Below, piece after piece: positions 27,041 to 37,000 of a stretch of DNA of 64,000 nucleotides. The DNA comes from a virus (taxonomy: Duplodnaviria; Caudoviricetes). Each line of letters opens with the position of its first letter. Within the stretch, counting starts at the first letter, position 1. The stretch covers positions 351 through 64,350 of IMG/VR virus record IMGVR_UViG_3300042261_000033; one strand, 5' to 3'. A program made the translations under genes and the position numbers. Under the pieces are notes generated by a model. The model had not been told where the DNA came from, did not search any database, and was given only the letters and a program-made list of their open reading frames with translations.

Positions 27041-27600
27041 GTCGAGATCCTTGGAGAGAATGCGAATGTGGCTGTGTAACGATTGCGTGGATCGTTGATC
27101 AGCCCCTTGATGTTCCAGCCAAGGTTGCAGTAGATGCACTTACTGGCGCCTACGCGCTTAACCCAGACTAGCTGGAAGAGTCCGCCTGCGTGAACCAAGC
27201 AGTATCCCTCAACGCCGGGGCTATCATTGACTGCGGGATTGCCTGTGTAAGTCGCCACGACAGGAATAGCGGAGTCAAAACGTACCACTCCAAAGCCATA
27301 GCCGGGATTACGCCACAGCCAGCCAAGCTGGCCAACATAGGTGCATAGACGGGCAGGAAGCTTGAATCGCCACTGCCAGTGTTCAGTTTGCCATCCATAG
27401 TCGCCATCCAGTGAGTTGTCGGGGGTTTGAAACCAGCTTAGCCACTTGGGCAGGCGTGGGCCAAGGCCGTAAGCGTTGCCATTATTAAGTGGACCTTCTT
27501 GCTCGGCTGCAAAGAATGGAAGCACAAAAGCCAGTGGGAAAGTCAGCACTGTGACGACAAGCATCACGGGAACCATTACGAGCCATTTGAGATAGATCAT
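27022..27600 (-). CDS. Phage membrane-anchored hypothetical protein
   Basis: Hydrophobic N-terminus; LPKWLSWFQTPDNSLDGD and WLWRNPGYGF motifs. Confidence 0.7.
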   Translation of the reverse strand: MIYLKWLVMVPVMLVVTVLTFPLAFVLPFFAAEQEGPLNNGNAYGLGPRLPKWLSWFQTPDNSLDGDYGWQTEHWQWRFKLPARLCTYVGQLGWLWRNPGYGFGVVRFDSAIPVVATYTGNPAVNDSPGVEGYCLVHAGGLFQLVWVKRVGASKCIYCNLGWNIKGLINDPRNRYTATFAFSPRISTWKTHP

Positions 27601-27602
27601 GA

Positions 27603-28331
27603 TTACCACTCAAAGACTACAACGCCACTTGCGCCCGTGCCGCCAGCACTGCCGCCGAAAGAAGCCGATGGGCCACCTGCACCGCCGCCACCGTAGTTGC
27701 CGCCATTTTGCTGGGATCCAGTAACAGTGCTATCGCCGCCCACGCCAGCACCGCCCCAGTATGAGCTGCCACCAACGCCGCCTGAGCGCATTGCAGAGTC
27801 ACTGGTGACTCCATTTAGACCTTGACCGCCGCCGCCTTTGATATTTAGATCGCCGGAGGATCCGATGCCGCCCTCGCCACCAGCGGTACTCACACCATTA
27901 GATCCGCCCGTTGCAGATACGGTAGTGATCGTCTGTGTACCAGAGGCAACAGACGACGCGTTTCCAGCAGCGCCAACAGTAACTGTTAGTGTATTGCCGG
28001 GTGTAAGACCGGATAACCATTTAATCGCCGTACCGCCTGCACCGCCGCCAGCGGTTCTCGTGCCGTTGCCGCCGCCACCAGTAACAATAATCTTTACCTT
28101 GGTGATGCCTGTTGGGATGGTAAATGTGCCGCTAGAAGTAAACACTTGACCGCCGGGGCCTGCGTATGCGGACATAGTATTGGTAACGGTTACTGCGCCT
28201 ACTGCGCCAGAAACAGAGATGCCTGTGCCAGCAACAATAGATGTAACCGTGTTGGACGAAGTGCGAGCAGTAGCTTGAGTGGTTGCGTCCGGGAAAGTTA
28301 CACCAGAACTATTGATTGTCGTTGTTGCCAT
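27603..28331 (-). CDS. Glycine-rich tail fibre protein
   Basis: FTSSGTFTIPTG...GGGG...GVVVFEW glycine-rich domain. Confidence 0.75.
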   Translation of the reverse strand: MATTTINSSGVTFPDATTQATARTSSNTVTSIVAGTGISVSGAVGAVTVTNTMSAYAGPGGQVFTSSGTFTIPTGITKVKIIVTGGGGNGTRTAGGGAGGTAIKWLSGLTPGNTLTVTVGAAGNASSVASGTQTITTVSATGGSNGVSTAGGEGGIGSSGDLNIKGGGGQGLNGVTSDSAMRSGGVGGSSYWGGAGVGGDSTVTGSQQNGGNYGGGGAGGPSASFGGSAGGTGASGVVVFEW

Positions 28332-28343
28332 TGCTGTCTCCTA

Positions 28344-28967
28344 TTAAGAACCTGCCGTTACAACGGCGGCCGTCACTGTTCCGGTAGCGGTTATATTGGC
28401 GCTTGTAGAAATATTGCCTGTAGCGGCTAATGTACCGGTTGTGGACAAGCTTCCGTTTGAGGCAATAGTCATGATCGTAGCGCCGTTGTACTGAAACAAC
28501 AGATTAGAACCTGACTGAGAAACGGTGAAGTTTGTTGTCTTAAGAGAGGTGGACGAGCCGCTGACGTAAGTAACGCCATTGTAGAAATTCGCACCGTCGC
28601 AGTAGACAAGCATCGTAAAGCCGTTTGGAACCGTTACTGCTGTACCTGTGGCTCCGCCGATAGTGATGTCATAGCCGCCGGTTGTGTTGTTTACCACTGT
28701 GTAGAGCTTGTTCACAAGAGGCGCGATAACCTGTCGTGCAGCGCTGTTTGTACCTGTAACCACCAGAACTGCGTTTCTGGACTCGTCTGACACGCCGTTG
28801 AGGCTAGTCATCGTGTAGTTGGAGTCGGTCATTACAATCGACTGAACACCTGTGATCGCCTGTTCTAGCAGGGTGCCAAGGTTCTTATTGGTAGTCTGGC
28901 CCCAAGTGCCTGACTGCTGGCCATCGCCAATCAGCTCAAGCTTTAGAGCAGTGGAGAACGTAGTCAT
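28344..28967 (-). CDS. Tail fibre-associated protein
   Basis: LKLELIGDGQQSGTWGQTTN N-terminus; Thr-rich. Confidence 0.7.
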   Translation of the reverse strand: MTTFSTALKLELIGDGQQSGTWGQTTNKNLGTLLEQAITGVQSIVMTDSNYTMTSLNGVSDESRNAVLVVTGTNSAARQVIAPLVNKLYTVVNNTTGGYDITIGGATGTAVTVPNGFTMLVYCDGANFYNGVTYVSGSSTSLKTTNFTVSQSGSNLLFQYNGATIMTIASNGSLSTTGTLAATGNISTSANITATGTVTAAVVTAGS

Positions 28968-29881
28968 TATGATCCTCTACAAGTTTGTGTGTTATCAATA
29001 GGGGTCCAGCTTGTACTTGAGCCGTCGTCTATTTGAACCCAAGCGGCACTATTAGTGTTGTCAATCATAACCCAAGCGGCGGCTTGTGTATCGTCTATGG
29101 ATGTCCAACCCAGCGTACACAGGGCGGCAATCAACTCCACATCTTCTGAAATAACGGCCACATAAGCTGCACGGACGGTGGCTGAAGCTTCTGCGGTAAG
29201 GTTTTCCTGTATGGACAGGTAGTAACCCTGCGATGCCGTGTTGGTGTCAGCGACAGTAATCGACTCTACGATGCTATCGACATAGACCGATATGATGGTG
29301 GCAAAGTCTTCTGCGGTGATATCTTCTGCTTTGCTTGCAGAGAAGTTAGCAACGATGCTGCGGCCATCTTCAACTGTGATGTTTTCGCTATCAACCAGCG
29401 GGAAGTGGGCTGTAATGGCCAGCACATCCTCAACGGTGATGTTTTCCGTATCAGTTACGTGGAAGTTGCTCTGAGTGCTGGTGGCGTCAGCTACAGCTAT
29501 ATCCTCAACGATACCGAAGAAGAACACATGCACAGGGCTGTTAACGTCGCCAACCGTGATGTTCTCCGTGATCGACTGCAGGAAAGCCCATGTCTGGCTG
29601 TTGGTGTCAGCCAAGTCCACATTCTCTGTCAAGTACGCACTGAACGCAGCCGCAACAGACCGCAGGTCGTCAACAACAATATCTTCGGTCACAGAACCGG
29701 CAAAGCCAGCAATGATGCTGCGGACGTCATCAACCGTGACGCCCTCTGTAATGCTCAATGGAAAGCTACCAGATGCCGACTCAACAGACAGAAGTGCGAT
29801 GTCTTCTATGATGCTCAGCGCATAAGAAGCCCCGCCGAGAGAGGCGTACGGGCTTTGGCAGAAGGTAGCGTAGCCGAACAT
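28967..29881 (-). CDS. Structural protein with ~19-aa ENITVxD repeats
   Basis: Periodic TEGVTVDD/TENITVGD/SENITVED units. Confidence 0.7.
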   Translation of the reverse strand: MFGYATFCQSPYASLGGASYALSIIEDIALLSVESASGSFPLSITEGVTVDDVRSIIAGFAGSVTEDIVVDDLRSVAAAFSAYLTENVDLADTNSQTWAFLQSITENITVGDVNSPVHVFFFGIVEDIAVADATSTQSNFHVTDTENITVEDVLAITAHFPLVDSENITVEDGRSIVANFSASKAEDITAEDFATIISVYVDSIVESITVADTNTASQGYYLSIQENLTAEASATVRAAYVAVISEDVELIAALCTLGWTSIDDTQAAAWVMIDNTNSAAWVQIDDGSSTSWTPIDNTQTCRGS

Positions 29882-30294
29882 TACTGGCAGTTCAGGGCGC
29901 GAAGCTCAGCGGTTGTGGTGCATGTATCAGCCAGATTGGTGATGTCACGCAGACGGTTCTTCTCGGCCACGATGCCAGCAGTGTCTGCGCCATCTTCCAG
30001 CGCCCGTTGGAAAGCTACGTCCTGAGCTGCCAGCAACGGAGCGCGTTCAGCACGAAGGCGGTTTTTGGTGATCTCTTTGGCTTTATCTAGGTTAACAGTA
30101 ACCGACTTGGCATCCATTTCCCAAGCGTCAAAGAAGTCATTGTCTGCCTCTGGAAGGTCTGCGCCGTCAACAATGCGGGCGTCGCGGCCAGTCGGCACAT
30201 CTTTGCCCAGAACGGCTTCAATAGGAAGTTCACCAGTTGGAATACAAACAGCAACGCCACCGTTGTCATTCTTGAAAATAATTACTTTAGACAT
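29881..30294 (-). CDS. Tail fibre assembly chaperone-like protein
   Basis: LRAERAPLLAAQD...LRDIT motif. Confidence 0.7.
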   Translation of the reverse strand: MSKVIIFKNDNGGVAVCIPTGELPIEAVLGKDVPTGRDARIVDGADLPEADNDFFDAWEMDAKSVTVNLDKAKEITKNRLRAERAPLLAAQDVAFQRALEDGADTAGIVAEKNRLRDITNLADTCTTTAELRALNCQ

Positions 30295-30308
30295 TTATAA
30301 CTCCTAAA

Positions 30309-30842
30309 TTACTCGTAAAGAATGTTGATTGAACCAGCGTCAAACGTGTCCGTTCCGTTTGATGTAATTCTTACAATAGAAAGCGCTCCTGAAATAGATT
30401 TAGAGCCACCAACAATCAATGATCTTGCCGCATCTGACTGACCAAGAACTCCAGATGCAGTCCATAGGTTTGTCGTGGAGTTAAGCAATGTTAATGTAAT
30501 TGCTCCGTGAACTACCGTTGACGCGGAGTTGTTTATGTTTAGCGGAAAACCCGTTGTTCCGTTGACAGAAGAAACACCAGTAGCAAATGCTGCGCCGCCG
30601 CTTAAATAACCAGTGTTTTCAATACCGCTAGAGGGGCCAATTTGTATATACCAAGGATAAGCAACTCCATTTGTGCTTACCCCGCTAAACATCACTGTAA
30701 CGCGCTTTACCCACGAAGGAATACTGGTGAAATCAATGCTTGTGCCTGATGTAGAAGCAACAGCAGTACCAGCCTGAATACCGTTATAAACGGCACCGCT
30801 ATTCGTGGTTACACCAGCCGAGCCGTTAATTGTGACTGACAT
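30309..30842 (-). CDS. Tail fibre / receptor-binding module
   Basis: ASTSGTSIDFTSIPSWVKR...FDAGSINILYE. Confidence 0.65.
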   Translation of the reverse strand: MSVTINGSAGVTTNSGAVYNGIQAGTAVASTSGTSIDFTSIPSWVKRVTVMFSGVSTNGVAYPWYIQIGPSSGIENTGYLSGGAAFATGVSSVNGTTGFPLNINNSASTVVHGAITLTLLNSTTNLWTASGVLGQSDAARSLIVGGSKSISGALSIVRITSNGTDTFDAGSINILYE

Positions 30843-30857
30843 GATTATTCCTTTCGA

Positions 30858-31253
30858 TTAGCGGAAGATGGCTGCGCAATAATAAGTTTCATCAGACAGG
30901 CCTGATGTATATGCCGATGTGACTCTAAGCGTCGTAGTTGTAGGGGCTGTATTTCCGCTAAATGTGCCGACAATGTTTGCAAACTTACCGTAAACAGAGC
31001 CTGACGTATACGCAGATGTGGTTACAACAGCGGCATAGTTTGCATCAGACATTGCGTTCGTAAAATTCAATGTGTAATCCCCAGTTCCGTTTTTTGTAAC
31101 AGAACCTACGTTATACGACGCTCGAATGGTAGATGGAGACACCGTTGTCCCATTGAAATTAACCCATGCCTTTGCGCTGCCCTGAATACAGTTCGTGCTG
31201 GAAGTGCTGTTAGACCCGTCGGACAAAGTAGCGATTGTTAGTGTGCCTGCCAT
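30858..31253 (-). CDS. Tail fibre tip module
   Basis: AKAWVNFNG...SYNVGSVTKNGTGDYTLNFTNAMSDANY. Confidence 0.7.
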   Translation of the reverse strand: MAGTLTIATLSDGSNSTSSTNCIQGSAKAWVNFNGTTVSPSTIRASYNVGSVTKNGTGDYTLNFTNAMSDANYAAVVTTSAYTSGSVYGKFANIVGTFSGNTAPTTTTLRVTSAYTSGLSDETYYCAAIFR

Positions 31254-31262
31254 GATTTGTCC

Positions 31263-31652
31263 TTAGTTGCTTACAATAGCCACGTACGCTGCTGGCCTAT
31301 CTACGTTTGTATTTGCACCCATATCTTTCATGGCGCACCGACAAGCGGTTGTGCTTGGCGGATATAGCGCTGCACCAGCTGCCGTGTATCCAAGCTGAAC
31401 GACGCCCTCATTGTTGTTTACACCGCCAGTCCCTACAACGCAATAATTGGCATCGGCCATTGCTGTAGTGAAGTTAAGCGTAAAGTCACCCGTTCCGTTC
31501 TTGGTGACACTACTGACATTGTAAGAACCACGAATAGCAGAGCCGGTAAGGTTGTAAGCAACCCAAGCCTTACATATGCCGGTCATGCCGTTCTGCGTTG
31601 CCAACGGGCCTGTAGATGCCTTTAGGGTGTCGATAGTTAATGTGCCTGCCAT
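31263..31652 (-). CDS. Tail fibre tip module, paralog of 30858-31253
   Basis: CKAWVAYN...SYNVSSVTKNGTGDFTLNFTTAMADANY. Confidence 0.7.
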   Translation of the reverse strand: MAGTLTIDTLKASTGPLATQNGMTGICKAWVAYNLTGSAIRGSYNVSSVTKNGTGDFTLNFTTAMADANYCVVGTGGVNNNEGVVQLGYTAAGAALYPPSTTACRCAMKDMGANTNVDRPAAYVAIVSN

Positions 31653-31661
31653 GATAACCCC

Positions 31662-31913
31662 TTAGACAATAATCCAGTTGGAACCGGTTGGAACGGTTAC
31701 GGTGACGCCCGTATTGATTGTAATAGGACCCGCAGACATAGCGTTAGACCCAGTAGTGATTGTGTAGTCGGAAGTTACAGTCGTGCTGTTTTCATAGAAT
31801 ACACCGCCAGTTGCACCGGTCACAGCCCAAGAGCCATCGCCGCGCAAATAGTTTGCAGACGACGGTGTTCCTGTAGCGTCGATTGTGTTGATGTTTACTT
31901 TTGTTAAGGCCAT
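31662..31913 (-). CDS. Small tail fibre adaptor protein
   Basis: YLRGDGSW and NAMSAGPITINTGVTVTVPTGSNW motifs. Confidence 0.7.
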   Translation of the reverse strand: MALTKVNINTIDATGTPSSANYLRGDGSWAVTGATGGVFYENSTTVTSDYTITTGSNAMSAGPITINTGVTVTVPTGSNWIIV

Positions 31914-31922
31914 TATCGTTCC

Positions 31923-32885
31923 TTAAGCTGTGAAGGTGCCAGAGGTTGTGAACGTGTGATACGTGTATCCGCCTGAGCTTGTGACTGTTCCGCCAGATCC
32001 GCGCTGAGATCCGAAATAACGAATAATCACAACACCGTATCCACCATTGCCACCGCCTGTTGATGCGCCGCCTGCGCCGCCACCGCCGCCGCCAGTATTA
32101 GCCGTTCCTGCCACACCAACCGCTGTACCAGCTCCGCCTGCGCCGCCACCGCCAGTACCTCCGGTTCCGGGCTGATCGCCACCACCATTGTATGCGCCAC
32201 CGCCACCGCCGCCTGCATAATATGTGCCGTTTGACCATGCAAGTCCAGCACCGCCAGCGCCTGATGGGCCGGGGTCGTTTGATCCAGAGTTTCCACCAAT
32301 AGCGCCCGCGCCACCACCGCCACCAACGCCTGCACCAGTAGAGAAGTTAATGCCATAACCACCTGCATTCCCTTGCCCAGAAGTCCCTGCGCCGCCAGTT
32401 GATGTTGACGCCCAACCGCCACCACCGCCCGACCCGCCAGACAGACCGTTTGATGCAGGAGCTGTGCCGCCATAACCACCACCGCCACCACCAAGAACTG
32501 TTGCAGAAGACAGCGTTGCCAAGGTTGAGTTGTTTCCGTTTGTTCCTTTGGCTGCATTACCGCCTCCGGCGCCACCGGAGCCAACTGTTACGGCATATGT
32601 AGAACCAGCAGTAACTGCATTTGATCCAGATACGTATCCTCCACCGCCGCCGCCAGCGCCGGGAGAGTTGCTAGAATATCCACCACCGCCACCGCCGCCG
32701 GCAACAATAAGGTAGTCAACCGCATACGTGGCGCCAATTATAGATGCCCATTGGCCGCCAACATAAGCCTCAACATTTTGTAAGGTGCTGTTATAACCAA
32801 TCTGCCCAGCAACAGGAGACGCAGGGCGATTTGCTGTAGTCCAAGATGCTAGGCCGCCCTGAGCAATACTTACTGCGCGTGTCAT
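31923..32885 (-). CDS. Glycine-rich tail fibre protein
   Basis: VDYLIVAGGGGG...GVVIIRY...HTFTTSGTFTA. Confidence 0.75.
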   Translation of the reverse strand: MTRAVSIAQGGLASWTTANRPASPVAGQIGYNSTLQNVEAYVGGQWASIIGATYAVDYLIVAGGGGGGGYSSNSPGAGGGGGGYVSGSNAVTAGSTYAVTVGSGGAGGGNAAKGTNGNNSTLATLSSATVLGGGGGGYGGTAPASNGLSGGSGGGGGWASTSTGGAGTSGQGNAGGYGINFSTGAGVGGGGGAGAIGGNSGSNDPGPSGAGGAGLAWSNGTYYAGGGGGGAYNGGGDQPGTGGTGGGGAGGAGTAVGVAGTANTGGGGGGAGGASTGGGNGGYGVVIIRYFGSQRGSGGTVTSSGGYTYHTFTTSGTFTA

Positions 32886-33871
32886 TATGCTGCCCTCGCT
32901 AAGAAGCCAGAGAAATAGTTTGTATTTACGTTTGCCGCACCAAGCGTTGGTGAGGTAGCCGTTATATTGGCGTACACTTCAACATAATCGGTTGAGCCAT
33001 TTAGATAAACCAATGTACTTACTGCGCATATCATGACCCCCAAATTTGCATTGTAATAAATTGGTATCCCAGCGCTTGCGCCGTTTTTATACCAATACAC
33101 TACGTACTGCGTCGGTGAGGTACCATTGAAACGAATTGTTGTATTCAACTGATAATAGCCAGCCACATTAGGCGTAAAGCGGCTACTTGAAAAACAAGAT
33201 GCAGTATCAAACGATTCTGTATCAAAGGTAACTTTTGTGTCTGCTCCAGATGTAACTGTTTGAGCGGCGCTTGCATATGCGCTAAACGCCGGTCCGTTAC
33301 CAGCTACACCAGTGCCAAGCTTAGCTTGTGTGACAGCAGCATCGGTAATATACATCGAGTTAACAGCGCCAGCTGTTGCAGGAATTGCATTCAGAACAGA
33401 GCTTACATAGAAGCTCTCTGTGACAACCAAGTCGCCTACTGTGGCGCCAACAGCCAGCACGACAGTCGTTCCAGTTGTAGCGGTGTAGTCAGCCGTGCCA
33501 AGTAATGCACCGTTGCGGTATACGTTGATATAGCCAACCGTGTAAGAAGGCACAGAGAAGCTAGTCTGCCCTGCAGTAGCGGTGAACTCTGTAACGGTAC
33601 GGTAAGCAGTCGTTGTGACGCCAGAAGCTGGGATGCCAAGATAACGGACGCTGATGTTTGCCGTGCCACTAGGAGGGGCTGCAGAGAACGTCAGTGTTGT
33701 GCCAGATACAGAGTATGTGCTTGGGTCTTGTAGGACGCCTGTAACGGCAACCAGAATAGACGACGTTGTGGCTGGAGCCACCGACATTGTGAATGCGACG
33801 GTAGACCCATTGCCATTGAATGTATCAGTGACAAACGCCGTAGTTGTTGGTTGGTTGCCGATGTACGACAT
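32885..33871 (-). CDS. Tail fibre protein with C1q/TNF-like C-terminus
   Basis: MSYIGNQP N-terminus; PAFSAY...FTPNVAGYY...YFSGFL. Confidence 0.7.
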   Translation of the reverse strand: MSYIGNQPTTTAFVTDTFNGNGSTVAFTMSVAPATTSSILVAVTGVLQDPSTYSVSGTTLTFSAAPPSGTANISVRYLGIPASGVTTTAYRTVTEFTATAGQTSFSVPSYTVGYINVYRNGALLGTADYTATTGTTVVLAVGATVGDLVVTESFYVSSVLNAIPATAGAVNSMYITDAAVTQAKLGTGVAGNGPAFSAYASAAQTVTSGADTKVTFDTESFDTASCFSSSRFTPNVAGYYQLNTTIRFNGTSPTQYVVYWYKNGASAGIPIYYNANLGVMICAVSTLVYLNGSTDYVEVYANITATSPTLGAANVNTNYFSGFLARAA

Positions 33872-33874
33872 GGC

Positions 33875-34249
33875 TTATGCCCCTAGAGTTAACTCGTTCC
33901 AGCTACCGTTTGCTTCATCCCATACATAGACTTTGCCGTCAGTTGGATACGGAACAGGAGCCTGCCATAAGCAAGTATCGCCATCTAGAACCCAAGATGA
34001 AAACGGCTGCGGAGGGATGAATGCGTCTAGCTGTTTGTCGTAGCTATAACCAATACCTGCGTAATTCTTGCGCAGCGCAACGCCGCCGTCTGGCTGGCCG
34101 TCTTGGCCGTAGTGAACGCCACCACGGGTGTTGTACGAAGTTTGGATCCACTCGCCCGGCGAGCTGTCCACAAATGTGTCAAAGAATTCTGGTTCAGCAA
34201 CAATGACTTGCGTCACTTTACCGTCAGTAACTTTAGCAAAATGTCCCAT
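33875..34249 (-). CDS. Tail fibre-associated protein
   Basis: WIQTSYN...RKNYAGIGYSYD...FIPPQPF..W...WQAPVPYP. Confidence 0.7.
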   Translation of the reverse strand: MGHFAKVTDGKVTQVIVAEPEFFDTFVDSSPGEWIQTSYNTRGGVHYGQDGQPDGGVALRKNYAGIGYSYDKQLDAFIPPQPFSSWVLDGDTCLWQAPVPYPTDGKVYVWDEANGSWNELTLGA

Positions 34250-34258
34250 TATTTGTCC

Positions 34259-35248
34259 TTAAGCTGTGAATGTGCCAGAGGTTGTGAATGTATGAATTGT
34301 ATACCCGCCAGAGCTGGTAACGGTACCGCCTGTTGCACGTTGTGCGCCAGAGTAGCGGATGATTACAACTCCAGAACCACCTGCGCCACCGGTTCCTCCG
34401 TAAGAGCCGCCACCGCCACCACCGCCTTTATTTGCTGTGCCAGCCGTTCCGGGAGTTCCTGAAGATGGAGCTGCTGCTCCACCCCCGTCTGTTGCTGTAC
34501 CAAGGTTTGGAGATGCGCCATCACGTATACCACCGCCACCGCCACCGGCTCTACCGACAGCTGACCCGGAAATAGATGATGTGACACCCGCTCCGCCGGG
34601 GCCGCCGTTGTAAGCATTTAATGTGCCTTGACCACCAGCTGCGCCTGCTCCGCCGCCGCCAGAACCTGACCCGTTATTACCTGTACCGCCAGCATAACCT
34701 TGACCTGATGTGCCAGAACCGCCAGCTGCTGAGTTATTTGATGCGCCACCGCCAGAACCGCCTGATGAAGCAGGGTTGCTATTGTACGAGCCACCGCCGC
34801 CACCAACGCATGAAATTGACGCAAATGAAGATGTGCTTCCAGAAACGCCAACAACGCTAGAAGTGCTTGTGCCTGCGCCACCAGAACCAACAACTACCGC
34901 ATAGGCCGTTCCAGAGACAACGGACAAAGGAGATTCGGCACTAGCGCCACCACCAGAAGACTCGCCCGTAACAGAAGAACGGTATCCACCAGCTCCGCCA
35001 CCACCCCATGATGCGCCTCCGCCGCCAGCAATGACAACATACTCAACGGTGTACGCTACGGAGAAAGCACCCCAAGAACCATATTGATATATCTCTGTGG
35101 CTCCAGTTGTGCTGTTGTAACGAATCTGACCGGCCGCTGGGGTTGCAGGGCGTTGCGCCGTAGTTCCAGATGGAAGCTGTGCTGCACCTGTGCCAGTTGC
35201 GCTTGCCGAGTCTAGGGCTGCTGCTGAGCCGATTGTGCTAATAGCCAT
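34259..35248 (-). CDS. Glycine-rich tail fibre protein, paralog of 31923-32885
   Basis: VEYVVIAGGG...GVVIIRY...HTFTTSGTFTA. Confidence 0.75.
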   Translation of the reverse strand: MAISTIGSAAALDSASATGTGAAQLPSGTTAQRPATPAAGQIRYNSTTGATEIYQYGSWGAFSVAYTVEYVVIAGGGGASWGGGGAGGYRSSVTGESSGGGASAESPLSVVSGTAYAVVVGSGGAGTSTSSVVGVSGSTSSFASISCVGGGGGSYNSNPASSGGSGGGASNNSAAGGSGTSGQGYAGGTGNNGSGSGGGGAGAAGGQGTLNAYNGGPGGAGVTSSISGSAVGRAGGGGGGIRDGASPNLGTATDGGGAAAPSSGTPGTAGTANKGGGGGGGSYGGTGGAGGSGVVIIRYSGAQRATGGTVTSSGGYTIHTFTTSGTFTA

Positions 35249-35505
35249 TATTCACCTCTTGGCTGATTTGCTACCATCTGCGCTTCATATGCGGCGATCA
35301 CTTCTGGCGTCCAATCTGCTTCGGCAATAGCCTTTACGCGCTCAGAAACGCCGGTTAGATCTTGCCCCGGAGTCAAGCTTGTGCGGTGGTAGGTCTGTGT
35401 CAGCAGAGCGCCGTCCTCGATGATGCGAGTTGCTTCGCGGAATTGAATAACACCGTTTTCGGTTACGGTGATTTGATCTATTACGGTTTCTTTAGTGAGC
35501 GCCAT
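35248..35505 (-). CDS. Small tail fibre-associated protein
   Basis: IDQITVTENG..Q.R......G......YHR pattern. Confidence 0.65.
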   Translation of the reverse strand: MALTKETVIDQITVTENGVIQFREATRIIEDGALLTQTYHRTSLTPGQDLTGVSERVKAIAEADWTPEVIAAYEAQMVANQPRGE

Positions 35506-35549
35506 TTTTTGTTCCTTTGTGTCTGGTTATGCCAATCCGGCCTAACTAA

Positions 35550-36674
35550 TTAAACTTCATAAACCAAAAAACCGCTTAAAAAACTTGTGTTTTGAAAGAC
35601 TGTCTGATCTAAAGGGCTGCTTCCGTTGCCACCAATTTGTCGTAGAGTGCCAGACGATGCGCCGTTTTCTACGCTCCAGTAGATGCCATATCCAGCTGAT
35701 ATTCCTGTAAATGTGTCGTGGATAATATAACCGAAATTATAGGTTCCACCAGATGTAAAAGGAAGTCCGGCAACAGCCGCTGAGCCAGTGCTTGATCCTT
35801 TGTTTGACATATTTATCCGAAACTGAACATGAACAATTCTTCCTATTTTTGTATAGTTTCCAAGCTGTGCTGAATACGTAATCCCAGTTGAACCGCCGCC
35901 AAAAGTAACTGCTGGAGTCCAAGTGCCTTCCTCATAGTCATCCAGCGTGTTTGCGTCGCTAGAGGCTGATTGAGTTGCTGGGAAGGCGATGCCTGTTCCA
36001 GTGGCTGCTGTATTGCCGCCTGATAGGCAGAGGATTGGTGCGCCTGCGTTTACACGCATTTGTTCAGTGTTGCTGGTACCAAATACCAAAGGTTGAGCGC
36101 CGACTGTGCCGACAGACATAGAGCCAGTCTGGGCATACGCATAAACGCCGCCAGCCGTGCTAAACGGGCCTGAGCCGCTGTAACCAGAGCCGTTAATACC
36201 GAAGTCACCGTAGTTGGTGGAATCCGTGCCGCTGTTGTTAGACACGATCAGATCAGACGAAGCCGACGAGCCAGAGCTTGCATTTTGCAGGACTACTTGG
36301 TTGTAACCGTTGGTGTTAGATGCAAACGAAGCCAGCAGACCTGATGCTCCATAAGACAGCGAATTGCCGAATGTAGTCGTGCCGAGTATTGTAGGGCTTT
36401 GCGGCAGCGCTACTACCTGCGTATTCGGGCTTGTGTAGTAGACGTAGACGTTGTTCGTGCCAGACGGAGGGGCGCTGGTGAACGTAATTGTGTTGCCGCT
36501 GACGGTGTAGGCTGTACCGGGGTCTTGTGGCACATTGCTGATAACCGCTTGGATGGCGGCGACAGATGCAACAGGGCGGGACAGCGTGAATGCTGTCGTA
36601 GAGGCATTGCCGGAGAAGAAATCTACGGCCGGGACATAATTCTGATTAAGCTGGGTGTTCCCGATGTAGGCCAT
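35550..36674 (-). CDS. Tail fibre protein
   Basis: MAYIGN N-terminus; ANTLDDYEEGTWTP and YTKIGRIV motifs. Confidence 0.75.
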   Translation of the reverse strand: MAYIGNTQLNQNYVPAVDFFSGNASTTAFTLSRPVASVAAIQAVISNVPQDPGTAYTVSGNTITFTSAPPSGTNNVYVYYTSPNTQVVALPQSPTILGTTTFGNSLSYGASGLLASFASNTNGYNQVVLQNASSGSSASSDLIVSNNSGTDSTNYGDFGINGSGYSGSGPFSTAGGVYAYAQTGSMSVGTVGAQPLVFGTSNTEQMRVNAGAPILCLSGGNTAATGTGIAFPATQSASSDANTLDDYEEGTWTPAVTFGGGSTGITYSAQLGNYTKIGRIVHVQFRINMSNKGSSTGSAAVAGLPFTSGGTYNFGYIIHDTFTGISAGYGIYWSVENGASSGTLRQIGGNGSSPLDQTVFQNTSFLSGFLVYEV

Positions 36675-36675
36675 G

Positions 36676-36999
36676 TTACACCGCCGTCAGTGCAGATACC
36701 CAGCAGTCGGCAGAGCTATTCGCGCTTGCCACAGCCACCAGTACGTCTGAAGACTGAAGCACCACTCGGTTGCCCTGAATGACTTCCAGCGAACCGCCGA
36801 CCGGCACAGTCGCGCCCTTAACCAGATAGTAGTTAACAGCAGAGCGAGTGACGTACACATCGGAGGTGATCGGGGAAGCGGATGTATTGGCTACCACCAA
36901 GCTTGCTACGGCCAGCGTGCCAGAGGATACGGTGGTAACTGTAGACCCTGCCGTGGTAATGTTCTTCACGGCGTAGGAAGCGTTGGAGTAGGTAGTCAT
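36676..36999 (-). CDS. Small virion structural protein
   Basis: Beta-rich 107-aa ORF in the tail block. Confidence 0.65.
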   Translation of the reverse strand: MTTYSNASYAVKNITTAGSTVTTVSSGTLAVASLVVANTSASPITSDVYVTRSAVNYYLVKGATVPVGGSLEVIQGNRVVLQSSDVLVAVASANSSADCWVSALTAV

Positions 37000-37000
37000 A

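Noticed and set aside
29881-36674. Diversity-generating retroelement or invertible fibre cassette
   Set aside because: No reverse transcriptase or invertase; the repeats are direct and differences are not adenine-specific
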